A DNA stretch of 32,885 bases. It comes from Octopus bimaculoides (lineage: Eukaryota). The notes beneath the pieces were generated by a model. It was not told where the DNA came from. It made no database searches and was given only the letters and a program-made list of their open reading frames with translations. The stretch spans positions 14,587,109-14,619,993 of the forward strand of contig NC_068994.1 of assembly GCF_001194135.2 (NCBI RefSeq), written 5' to 3'. Shown here piece after piece: positions 21,040-31,658 of the stretch. The position numbers were made by a program, and so were the translations under genes. The first letter of the stretch is position 1; each line of letters begins with the position of its first letter.

Positions 21040-21430
21040 TTTTTTTTTACAGTTTCTGTCCATCAAATTCATTCACTAGGTTTTCATTAGCTTAGGATAT
21101 AGTTAGAAGACACTTGCTCAAGGTGTCATACAATGAAACAGAACCTGAAACAATGTGGCTGGGAAGCAAACTTCTTATTTCTTTATTGCCCACAAGGGGC
21201 TAAACATAGAGGAGACAAACAAGGACAGACAAAGGGATTAAGTCGATTGCATCGACTCCAGTCCGTAACTGGTACTTAATTTATCGACCCCGAAAGGATG
21301 AAAGGCAAAGTCGACCTTGGTAGAATTTTAACTCAGAACGTAAAGACAGACGAAATACCACTAAACATCTCGCCCGGCGTGCTAACGTTTCTGCCAGCTT
21401 GCTGCCTTCTTACCACACAGCAACCCATGC
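21040..21430 (-). mobile_element. Family A SINE head remnant split by a family B insertion
   Basis: ...gggaagcaaacttctta|[family B]|cttcttaccacacagcaacccatgccta is the reverse complement of the family A head. Confidence 0.65.
21178..21405 (-). mobile_element. tRNA-derived SINE, family B (Nin/Deu-like core)
   Basis: Minus strand ggcagcaagctggcagaaacgttagc...gttctgagttaaaattc...gtcgactttgcctttcatcctttcggggtcgataaattaagtaccag...gcaataaagaaa, with a 7-bp TSD CTTCTTA. Confidence 0.88.
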
Positions 21431-21613
21431 CTATTTCCACATCTGCACCTTATCAACTATGCTTATGCTTGTTTTCTAAAAATCATAAGTTGCAGGTAAT
21501 TTGAGCTAATTTCAGACAGTATCAAGCTCATAAATAGAATGATTAAAGATAAAAAAAAGAGAATGAATAAAGATAAAAAAAAAAAAGAAAGTAACAATAA
21601 AAGAATATTATAC

Positions 21614-21725
21614 TTTTTCCAACAAAGCTGGGTGGTCTGAGGCCAGACCTGCGAGCAGTCTTCTTGGCATCTGTAGGTGTTGTAGCAGTGTCAGAACCTC
21701 CTTCTGGGCTGTCAACGGCTTGAAT
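21614..21725 (-). CDS. DCTN1: Dynactin subunit 1 coding exon immediately after the CAP-Gly domain (basic region)
   Basis: cctttctctctgtag|ATT CAA...AAAA|gtataa, 112 nt, phase 0-1. Encodes IQAVDSPEGGSDTATTPTDAKKTARRSGLRPPSFVGK, positionally equivalent to vertebrate IQVFEDGADTTSPETPD. Not in the ORF track. Confidence 0.85.
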
Positions 21726-22902
21726 CTACAGAGAGAAAGGAGAATAAATGAAATCACACTTAAAATTATTACAAAAATAATTCATGATAATGTTCATTTA
21801 AAGATTGTAGAAAAACTTGTTAACAAAACCATTTAAGAATCTTCTAAATGGTCAAATAAAATTTTAAGAGAAAGAGAGAAAGAAAAGAAACTGGAATATA
21901 ACCAAATTTATCATCTAGTGTATTGATTAGTAACAAAACACTCGTTAACACAGCATTACTAATAATGAAATAGACAAGGCCTGATAAAATTAAGACATTA
22001 ATTGCCCAACATTTAGCAGAATCAGGAAACAACTACTTCCTTTCTAAAAATAGTATGACTTTATAATACTTCTTAAATTAGTGAAAATATTACAGGTGAG
22101 GAATGATAAATATTTTACCTGTACTGGTCACAGTCAATATTTTTCAAGAATTATGACCACAAAAACAAAAATAACATCAACAAAAAAATAAGAATAAAAT
22201 TTTATATTCTATACAAACAGTACATATGTGACTTATAAAGAAGCACTTTCATAGGATCTCACAATATGGAACATTATTTGAAGGGGAAAAGAAACTTAGT
22301 CTCTCCTTTTTATTTTTTCTCTCCAGCAGAATGTATGATGAAAAAAAGTGAAAGATTTCAGTGTAAACATCGGGCAACTTGATATGCAAAGTATTATGTG
22401 CATAGCATCTATAAGTCTTGTAGACTATGGAGCCCCTGCAGAGGGGGGAAAAGGATCAAGAGCATTTTCTGAAAAGACTGAAGTCTAATCCTTAACCATA
22501 AATCTGAAATATAAAGACTTGTTTCTTGTGTGAGTGTTGCCAGTGGAATTTCAATGAAATGCCATAACTTCCTGTGCTAGCTTTCTTCCTCCAAATCTTA
22601 TGAAAATTTTGTTCCCCATTTCTTAATCTGTGACACTGTTTCCACAATGTTGTCTGTAACAATTTCCCCAATGACAGGGTTGATGTATGCATATATCTTA
22701 GTTTCACAGGTATGAGGAAGCTTTACCTTTCAATCTAAATGTCAGTACACCATAGCAGGTATTTTGGAATATGACAGTTTTTTTCTATGTGGCAGATATT
22801 TCCAAACTATCAAAGTCCTCATTGGAGAAAGTGAACACAAATACCAGCTTGTTAAAGTATGTCAATGTTACATATTCTGTCCTATCATTTAATCCAAAGA
22901 AC

Positions 22903-23101
22903 TCTCTTTTACTCTTTTACTTGTTTCAGTCTTTTGACTGTGGCCATGCTGGAGCACCGCCTTTAGTCAAGCAAATCAACCCCAGGACTTATTCTTTGGA
23001 AGCCTAGTACTTATTCTATGGGTCTCTTTTGCTGAACTGCTAAGTTACGGGGACGTAAACACACCAGCATCGGTCAAGCGATGTTGGGGGGACATACACA
23101 C

Positions 23102-23132
<31 letters not shown>

Positions 23133-23320
23133 CATATATATGTATATACATATATATGACGGGCTTGTTTCAGTTTCCGTCTACCAAATCCACTCACAAG
23201 GCTTTGGTCGGCCCAAGGCTATAGTAGAAGACACTTGCCCAAGATGCCACGCAGTGGGACTGAACCCGGAACCATGCGGTTGGTAAGCAAGCTACTTACC
23301 ACACAGCCACTCCTACGCCT
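22903..23320 (-). mobile_element. tRNA-derived SINE, family A, full length and young
   Basis: Minus-strand head aggcgtaggagTGGCTGTGTGGtaag...gGGTTCAGTCCc, internal (TA)n, and tail aacaagtaaaagagtaaaagag. Near-identical to 30464-30825. Confidence 0.92.
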
Positions 23321-24424
23321 CTGCATAGATATCCCATATGAAACATGTAATGTTTGTATTTTTTTAAAGTACATTACCCATGATGTGTCTGCCACAGAAT
23401 AATCAGCAGACTCTTGAATAGTTTCGTAAATGATTCAGAAACTTGCAGAGTAAATCCCTGGTCACAATGTGGCCTCCACCAACAGGAAGTCTGCCATTGA
23501 CAATTTTCCCTGGCTCTCATTAACCTAACAAAAGACACTGAACTCATCAGTAGAGTAGGCTTGTTTAACATGTTTATCACTCACTGACTGCTCAACTAAA
23601 CTGTTAAGCAACATAATGTGTTTCCATGATGGCATAATGAATATTAAGCAATATGACAGATTTTTTTCAGAAAATTTGGCCGCAAGGAGTTTGAGTCAAG
23701 CAAGATGCATCATCTCCAACACTACATGAAACTTCTGAAATAAGCATCCGAGTCTACAAATGACAGAATGTAATATCATATTTACTTCTGAATAAGATAG
23801 TAGTACCATTTTAATTTTTTTTGTCTTATTATTTCTACTCAAAGTAAAAAAAAAAAAAAAAGAGCAATAGGTATTATTTCAATTGATTGTTACATTCAAC
23901 TCTTTAAAATTACCAATTATTGGGACTTTTAAAACTATTGGGGCTATTAGAAAAAAAGAAAGAAAAAAAGGGCAAACAATTGAGTTCAATTTTTATAATC
24001 CTTCACCTGTAATATTTTCACTAATAACATAAAAAGTATCATGGAGATATACTATTATATATTCTGTCATATAATTTTGCAAAATTCAACAGTTGATTTT
24101 ATGTATTCCTTTTTTTAAGGTATCATGCAACAGCCGTAGCAACAGAAAGATCTTACCTTTAGATCTAATTCAAAAGTTAACAAAATCTTTATAACTACTG
24201 AGAAAACTGTCACAGTTCCTTTTTGAGCTAATTTATCTTTAACTGAAATTATCAAGATGCACAACCATTTCTAGAATCAGATAAGTTTAAAAGGACTTTG
24301 GTTTCCTTACACAATGAAGAGCCTAAATATTTGTGCACTTCTGTTTGAAATATAATCAACAGAAATTAACAGAAACTTAACCCTTTGCTTGTCCACAGCA
24401 TTTTCATCAGTTTATTCCAAACTT

Positions 24425-24746
24425 TCGTTTTTGGATTTGGTTTGCAAGATTTATGTGATTTCGTGTGTTGAAGCATATTCTGTTGTGTCTGGGGAGAGTC
24501 ATTTTCTTATTGTGCCTTAAAATTTAACACACTCACCGGTAAAATTTCCACTTATTTCTTATTTTTATTTTCCTAAAATTTCCGTTGCGTCTTGCAACCT
24601 TTTCAGAGTCAAGACTATTGAAAATGTTGCAAGACGCAACGAAAATTTTAGGAAAATAAAAATAAGAAATAAGTGGAAATTTTACCGGTGAGTGTGTTAA
24701 ATTTTAAGGCACAATAAGAAAATGACTCTCCCCAGACACAACAGAA
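24425..24746. mobile_element. Fold-back retroposon-like element (probable Penelope-like derivative)
   Basis: 124-bp inverted arms at 24475-24598 and 24626-24749 (one mismatch), a 50-bp unpaired left extension, and a 12-bp direct repeat TATTCCAAACTT at 24413-24424 and 24747-24758. Confidence 0.75.
24615..24651 (+). ncRNA. Candidate minimal hammerhead ribozyme motif (U3:A8 core variant)
   Basis: CTA|TTGAAAA|T|GTTGC-AAGAC-GCAAC|GAAA|ATT T|TAG: 3-bp stem I, core, extra nucleotide, 5-bp stem II, GAAA, palindromic AATT stem III and a UUU site. Confidence 0.45.
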
Positions 24747-25570
24747 TATTCCAAACTTGTTTTTTTNNNNNNNNNNAAAAAAAAAAAAAAAAAAAAAATT
24801 AGGAATGTGTATCATATATGATGCATGGATGCCAGGGAAATATGCCCTGTCTATTACAGGGATACAAAGGACAGGCAAAGGATTAATTAACTGAGATTAA
24901 AATTTTTTTTTAAATGGCATTTAAGCAGCTATTTCCAACTAGAGAAAATGACCTGAAAAAGTATGGCAAAGGAAACAATTTTCAAAAAATTTTTATGGTA
25001 AAATAATTTACTGACAGCTCTGAATAAATGGTAACCACATAAAAATTAATTCAATAAGAACATATTTGTTAAAAGCTTTACCAATTTTCAAGATTTAGTG
25101 CCACTCATTTTCAAACATTATCAGAGAGGTCAATAACAAAGATCTCTCATTGTTTCCAAGGCTTAAATAAGACACAAAACTGTATCAAAACGGTTTTGAG
25201 ACAGTTCATCTATTTTTGCCACATTAACAGTCTATTCGTGTTGAAAAGCTTATACCAAGCATTCTATATTGTCAATTACACAAAACTTCTATACATTCAA
25301 AACACAATGAATACAGAGCATATTCAAACCAAAGTTAATAAAAAAACTGAAACTAACAACCTTTTTCCGTATCTTCTCCAAGAAGAAAACATGGAAACAA
25401 AATTACTAGCCCCTTTTTTCAAGTCCAGTCACTAAGCAGCATTTCAATTAGCTACAAAAAAAGTTTACTCTGACAATTGTCTCTAATTAATAAGTTGGAA
25501 TAAAAGACTTTCAATTTATATATACAATGAGATTTGAACCAACCTGCTTTTAAGTAGTTCAGAGATGCCC

Positions 25571-25790
25571 TCATCATCACCGTCATTTAAAGTCCACGTT
25601 CCATGCTGGCATGGGTTGGACAATTTGACAGAATCTGATGGGTTCAAGGACTGCATCATGCTCCAGTGTCTGCTTTGGAAGGGTTTCTACAGCTGGATGC
25701 CCTTTCTAGTACTAACCACCTTACAACAGGTATGGGTGATTTTATCATGGCACCAGCACTGAGGTCACCATGCAGCTCACAAGAGTATAT
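25571..25790 (-). mobile_element. SINE-like repeat, family C
   Basis: tcatcatcaccgtcatttaaagtccacgttccatgctggcatgggttggac...tttctacagctggatgccctt. Confidence 0.78.
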
Positions 25791-26530
25791 ACCTTGAAGG
25801 AGAGTGGGGGTGGGATCAGCTTTAGTCTAGGGGACAAGGGATTAAAGTATAAGAAAAAGGGGTGAGGGGAGAGCAGGTTCTTATAGAGGAGCTGCATGGC
25901 TACTCACATTTAGAAGAGATGCCATCTGGAGGGAAAACAACAGGCAAGTTAAACTATGAAATGAGGATAAAAAGCAATATTAATCACTGACTAATATTAA
26001 TTTCCATGTTCCCAGTAAATAAGAAAGATCACTCAAGACCATACATTTGTGGGTATAGAAAAAGAGAATTGTTTAGAAATTCATTCAGATGCCATCTAAT
26101 TTCTCAATAATTTTATTTTCTTATACCAATAAAGGTACAATCTTGTAGTTTTATTTCATCACGGTCATCACTAGTTCAACAAGAAGGGAAAGGTGATATT
26201 TTGGTGATGAGGTCAGAATAACCTGAAGCATATCTGGAGTTGTCTCCCACAATTGCCAGAGAAAGTATTTAAAAATTCTTAGCCAAAGACTATTATTTAT
26301 TATTTTTTTTTTAATCGCATAAGAATTTAGAATCATTGAGAGAATGTGGAATAAGTGGATACAGAAATTTGAAGACCTGCATAAGTCAGGCTTGCAGATG
26401 TTGGTTCAAGTCCCATGGACAGCCTTTGACTTTTTCTGCCCAAAGGGTATTTTTTAATCCAATATTTACAGGTTATTATTTATAGCTTCAAGTTCAGCCA
26501 CTGAAAATTAATATCATCCAATTTTACTTC

Positions 26531-27122
26531 TTCTTCTTCTTTAATCCTTTTTGTCCCTTGTGGGGCATAGGGCCTCAACAGTTATTTTCCACTTTTTGCA
26601 GTCATTGGCATGTTTCTTGGCTGCTTCCCATGTCAGGCCAGTGGTCCTGAGCACATAGGCAGGAGGAGAAGAGATGATCGATCATGTGCATCATCTGCTG
26701 AACCTGGTATGGACGACAGAGAAGATCCCAACCAACTGGAAGAAGGGTCTTTTGGTGAAGCTGCCAAAGAGTGGGGATTTATCACAATGCAAAAAGTGGA
26801 GGGGAATTACCTTGCTTTCCATTCCAAGCAAAGTCCTTACAAGACTTACCCTGGAGCGATTGAAAGATACCATTGACAAGCAACTCAGAGATGAGCAGGC
26901 AGGCTTCAGAAAGGAGAGATCACGCACGGACCAGACTGCAATGCTCAGAGTCATCGTGGAGCAGACAATGGAATGGCAAACATCACTCTGTGTGTGCGTC
27001 ATCAACTTTGAAATAGCATTTGATAGCGTAGACAGGCAGACAATCTGGGACATCTTACAACATTATGGTGTGCCAGAGAAGATCGTTGGCATTATTCGAT
27101 TACTCTACAAGGAGTTTTCTTG
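26531..27122. mobile_element. RTE-clade LINE fragment with 5' inversion
   Basis: Plus strand ~26653-27126 encodes RT-region AGGEEMIDHVHHLLNLVWTTEKIPTNWKKGLLVKLPKSGDLSQCKKWRGITLLS...QAGFR...NFEIAFDSVDR...YGVPEK. Minus strand 26541-26651 encodes the RTE C-terminus LRTTGLTWEAAKKHANDCKKWKITVEALCPTRDKKD* plus an (AAG)n tail. TSD CCAATTTT(A/G)CTTC at 26518-30 and 27123-35. Confidence 0.9.
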
Positions 27123-27152
27123 CCAATTTTGCTTCACTGAATATTTATTTCT

Positions 27153-27417
27153 TTATTGCCCACAAGGGGCTAAACATAGAGGGGACAAACAAGGACAGAC
27201 AAAGGGGTTAAGTCGATTACATCAACCCCAGTGTGTAACTGGTACTTAAGATCCCAACCAACTGGAAGAAGAGTCTTTTGGTGAAGCTGCTGAAGATTTA
27301 TCACAATGCGAAGGCAAAGTCGACCTCGGTGGAATTTGAACTCAGAACGTAACGGCAGACGAAATACCGATAAGCATTTCGCCCGGCATGCTAACGATTC
27401 TGCCAGGTAGCTGCCTT
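27153..27417 (-). mobile_element. tRNA-derived SINE, family B, containing a LINE-derived patch
   Basis: Homologous to 21178-21405, with a 12-bp TSD ATATTTATTTCT at 27141-52 and 27418-29. Segment 27248-27309 copies LINE sequence 26722-26790. Confidence 0.88.
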
Positions 27418-27477
27418 ATATTTATTTCTAATTAGCTTTTTGCCTGAAACATATAAACCTTAACTTGATTATTTTAA

Positions 27478-27689
27478 CCCTTTAGTATTTAAGCCAGCCA
27501 TATCTGGCCCAAATATTCAACCTGTTTTGCATTCAAACTGGCCAGATTACTCTTCTCACACCTACCCTACAAAGTCATTCTAATAATATACAATCACATC
27601 ATCGAAATTTCAAGATAATGCACGATTAATTCAAAACAATGGGAATAAATAAGCAATATACTTGAAAAAGTAACCTGAACACTAAAGAA
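27478..27689 (+). mobile_element. piggyBac-type MITE family P2
   Basis: TTAA|CCCTTTAGTATTTAAGCCAGCC ... GAACACTAAAGAA|TTAA. Confidence 0.78.
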
Positions 27690-28865
27690 TTAAGTAATTT
27701 TATTATAGACAAAAATATTCGGTGTACTGGACTTGAAAGGGATTGGGTTTCACTTCAGTTAAATTTTGTTGATTTAGTATGAACTGTATTTTACAAATTC
27801 CATTTCGTTTCTAAATCACCTGCCCAGCGACTCAAAATTAAAATCTTTCCGTTTAAATGTCACATTGATTTCAGAGAAAAAAAGAACAGGAACAAATATA
27901 TCCATAATTTTTTCATAACCACTGCTCATAGAAGAGAGACAGGAATGAGTAATATGTACATATATCAAAAGCAGACAGAAAAAAAAATGGAGAAAAAAAT
28001 AAACGTGGGTTATACCTGTTATATAGGTTTTTAAAAAAGTGGTACAGCACAAGTATTTATATACTCAAAGCCTTTGACAATCATGCTTTAGCAAGTTTAA
28101 ATAGCAAATAACATTTGCCAAAGCAAATTGAACAGTCAACAATGAACATGGGCTTGAACCAAAATTATGAACACACAAATTTATGAAATTCTTGTAATGA
28201 AACCAAATTTACATCTAGCTTTTATAGCTATTATTCATCACATGATGTTTGGAAAGATACTAAGAAACAATAATTTCATACGTCTTCAGAATACATTGAT
28301 ACAAGTTTTTCTATAACTTACTGGGTATCAAGTTTAGCAAACTTCAACATTTTGCATGTTATTATAGTTATCATTAGAGTAATTAATTTTACAGATGGAT
28401 GCCCTTCCTACCATTAAATACTGAGTAATGAAATAGCAGTGAAAGCTATTACCGTCCAAACAGACTAAAGCAAGCAAGAGCATGTGCTTTTGCCAAGGGG
28501 AATCAAGGCAATGGCTGTAAGCAAAATTTGAACTCACAACGATGGAGTCAGAAAGCAGTTCAGTATCTTAATTCAACCACTGTGCCTCTGATTGGTTATA
28601 TATTATATTGAATGTGACAAGAAAAACAAGTATGGCATATTTGTGTACATGTAAGATAATACATTTGGCAATAGACTAATATGAATGTGTGTGATATATG
28701 GCAACATATGGTTTGTAAAAACAAACATGATTTAAGTAACTGATAAGATCAATAAAGGTATGAACTAAAAACTAAGAACTAAAGACATAAATGAGTTCTA
28801 TCCACAGTACATATAGTGTAAAATGGATGCTGACAAGAAAAAAAAAACATTAACAGCAGCCCTTC

Positions 28866-29216
28866 TCAAGTATGAAAAGTTCCTGGCTTTAAGGGTATCA
28901 TGAAGGGCCTGGTTGGAGGCCCAACTTTACAAGTTCTTTCATAGGGCTTAGAAAAACTGAAGGACTGCTGCAATAAGTGTGTGAATCTGAGAGGGGAATA
29001 TGTTAAATAAAATCATAATTAACTGATCTTGTATCTTATTTACCCAAAGCCAGGTTGGAGGCCTAACTTTACAAGTTCTTTCATAGGGCTTAGAAAAACT
29101 GAAGGACTGCTGCAATAAGTGTGTGAATCTGAGAGGGGAATATGTTAAATAAAATCATAATTAACTGATCTTGTATCTTATTTACCCAAAGCCAGGAACT
29201 TTTCAGCATCCCTTTG
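28866..29216. mobile_element. Tc1/mariner-type MITE with an internal 142-bp tandem duplication
   Basis: TIR cores TGAAAAGTTCCTGGCTTT (28873-90) and AAAGCCAGGAACTTTTCA (from 29188), with TA at 29217-18. Same family as 5583-5801. Units 28911-29052 and 29053-29194 differ at one base. Confidence 0.82.
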
Positions 29217-29732
29217 TATAAACCACTGAATAACATCGGGGTTTACAGTTAGAAAATATAAAGTAACAATAGGACAGAGGCTTTATAAATTAGATAATAA
29301 TTCCATGCTGACAGCAGGTAATTTCCAAGAATGGAATGACACTGGCTCTATGGTTAAGAAGTGTGTATCACAATCATATAGATCTCCAAGTTTGATCTTA
29401 TTGCATAGCACCTTCAGCAAATGTCTGCAATAGCTTTCTGAAATTTGGAATGCAGAAACTGTTTGGAAGCCCATCATATATGTATGCTTATAACAGTTAG
29501 GAAACATCTGATAAATCGTTGCATCAAACAAAAGAACCTTCAGATACTTAGACCATGTTATGCTACTTTAAGTTATGTGCGTATGCTAATCAATAGAGAT
29601 CAATCAAATAAGCATGAGACAAAGTTTAATCAATTAAAGCCCTTGAAAATGGTACGCCAGCAGAGCCACAGTTCCAAAGACAGTAACAGAATACTGACTA
29701 ATGCCTGATCATTTGCTTGATCAGATATTTAA

Positions 29733-30026
29733 CCCATTACCTACCAGTGATCTCATATGAGATCACTTAAAAATTACAAATTTCGTAATTATCTGTCAAT
29801 ATTTACACATATCTAACCTTTTTGCTATATCTACTAGGTATATTTCTCTGATATTCAAATGAGGTTTGCTAATTTTTCACCCAATATCTCGCTTATTTCT
29901 ATTTAAAATGTTACTTTGAAATGTTATTTTGATCATTCCAGCATGTTTCAAAGGCTGTTTTATGCTAGAAATCAAACTTTCATAAAAAAAAAAATTCCAG
30001 TTAATAGAATTATGGGAGGTAATGGG
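29733..30026 (-). mobile_element. piggyBac-type MITE family P1 (inverted relative to 16839-17129)
   Basis: TTAA flanks at 29729-32 and 30027-30. By manual comparison it has 6 substitutions and a poly-T length difference versus the other copy. Confidence 0.9.
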
Positions 30027-30463
30027 TTAAAGANNNNNNNNNNNNNNNNNNNNNNNNNNNNNNNNNNNNNNNNNNNNNNNNNNNNNNNNNNNNNNNNNNN
30101 NNNNNNNNNNNNNNNNNNNNNNNNNNNNNNNNNNNNNNNNNNNNNNNNNNNNNNNNNNNNNNNNNNNNNNNNNNNNNNNNNNNNNNNNNNNNNNNNNNNN
30201 NNNNNNNNNNNNNNNNNNNNNNNNNNNNNNNNNNNNNNNNNNNNNNNNNNNNNNNNNNNNNNNNNNNNNNNNNNNNNNNNNNNNNNNNNNNNNNNNNNNN
30301 NNNNNNNNNNNNNNNNNNNNNNNNNNNNNNNNNNNNNNNNNNNNNNNNNNNNNNNNNNNNNNNNNNNNNNNNNNNNNNNNNNNNNNNNNNNNNNNNNNNN
30401 NNNNNNNNNNNNNNNNNNNNNNNNNNNNNNNNNNNNNNNNNNNNNNNNNNNNNNNNNNNNNNN

Positions 30464-30825
30464 AGCTTGCTTACCAACCACATGATCCCGGGTTCAGTCC
30501 CACTGCGTGGCATCTTGGGCAAGTTTCTTCTACTATAGCTTCGCGCCGACCAAAGCCTTGTGAGTGGATTTGGTAGACGGAAACTGAAACAAGCCCGTCG
30601 TATATATGTATATATATGTATGTGTTTGTCCCCCCAACATCGCTTGACAACCGATGCTGGTGTGTTTATGTCCCCGTAACTTAGCGGTTCGGCAAAAGAG
30701 ACCAATAGAATAAGTACTAGGCTTCCAAAAAATAAGACCTGGGGTCGATTTGCTCAACTAAAGGCGGTGCTCCAGCATGGCCACAGTCAAAAGACTGAAA
30801 CAAGTAAAAGAGTAAAAAGAGTAAG
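30464..30825 (+). mobile_element. tRNA-derived SINE, family A (head lost in the gap)
   Basis: agcttgcttaccaaccacatgatcccgggttcagtccc ... gactgaaacaagtaaaagagtaaaaagag; near-identical to the reverse complement of 22903-23320. Confidence 0.9.
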
Positions 30826-31409
30826 CATTTTGCCCAGTCTGCTGATGCTTCTGCCTGCTTGCCGCTTTAATTTCTAATGGCTATATTAAAATGCAGAATA
30901 GCTAATTAGTCTCAGGTCAACTCTGATTGAGCAGAGCCTTAATTAAAGGCATTCCATCTGTGGTTAAACATTTTAATCTTTACCCCCCTTTTTTTCCTTT
31001 TTGGAATGATCTAAGACTAGATCAATTCAATGTGTCCCTCTCTCTTTCAAGGTGATGGATGTGATTTGAGGAAGATATGATTGTTATCCCTAGCAGGTTC
31101 AATGATCACAAAGGCAGATACCTTCATTGACTCACTAAAATGCTGAGAAATTGTGACAGTGGAGAAAAAAAACTAACAGGTAAAAACGATAGGACAGCTA
31201 GCAGAAATGACTTGTAAAACAAAAGGGCAGTCATCGACCACCTCTGGATCAAATGTAGCCCAAGTTAATAATGGTTATAGTAATGATAAAGTACATGAGG
31301 CAGAAGATGAATATTCAAAAAGGGACCAGAGAATATGGAAAAAAACATTGATCATCTGGTGTGCAACCACTACTTTATAGAAACAGTTTTAACAATAACA
31401 AAATAATAA

Positions 31410-31621
31410 TTTCAAATTTTGGCACAAGGCCAGCAAGTACGGTGGGGAGGTAAGTCGATTACATCGACACCAGTGCTCAACTGGTACTTATTCTATCGAC
31501 CCCGAAAGGATGAAAGGTAAAGTCAACTGTAGTGGAATTTGAACTCAGAACGTAAAGACAGACGAAATGCTGCTAAGCATGTTGCCCAGCATGCTAATGA
31601 TTTTGCCAGCTAACTGCCTTC
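31410..31621 (-). mobile_element. tRNA-derived SINE, family B variant with a different 3' tail
   Basis: Same head and core as 21178-21405, but the 3' end reads ...gctggccttgtgccaaaatttgaa. Followed by (AAT)n at 31623-31655. Confidence 0.82.

Positions 31622-31658
<37 letters not shown>

Larger units (their letters stand above)
24381..24882 (+). mobile_element. piggyBac-type MITE family P3 hosting a nested fold-back element
   Basis: TTAA (24377-80)|CCCTTTGCTTGTCC ... GGACAGGCAAAGGA|TTAA (24883-86). Confidence 0.75.

Noticed and set aside
23374-23580. Minus-strand exon-like segment with AG and GT boundaries upstream of the first DCTN1 exon
   Set aside because: The only open frame shows no CAP-Gly or DCTN1 similarity and does not end in the required phase 0.
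26674-27249. 191-aa ORF as a functional reverse transcriptase gene
   Set aside because: A truncated RTE fragment lacking the catalytic YADD region, which reads through into the adjacent SINE.
28911-29196. Direct repeats as a possible CRISPR-like array
   Set aside because: Two adjacent 142-bp units with no spacers, in a eukaryotic MITE.
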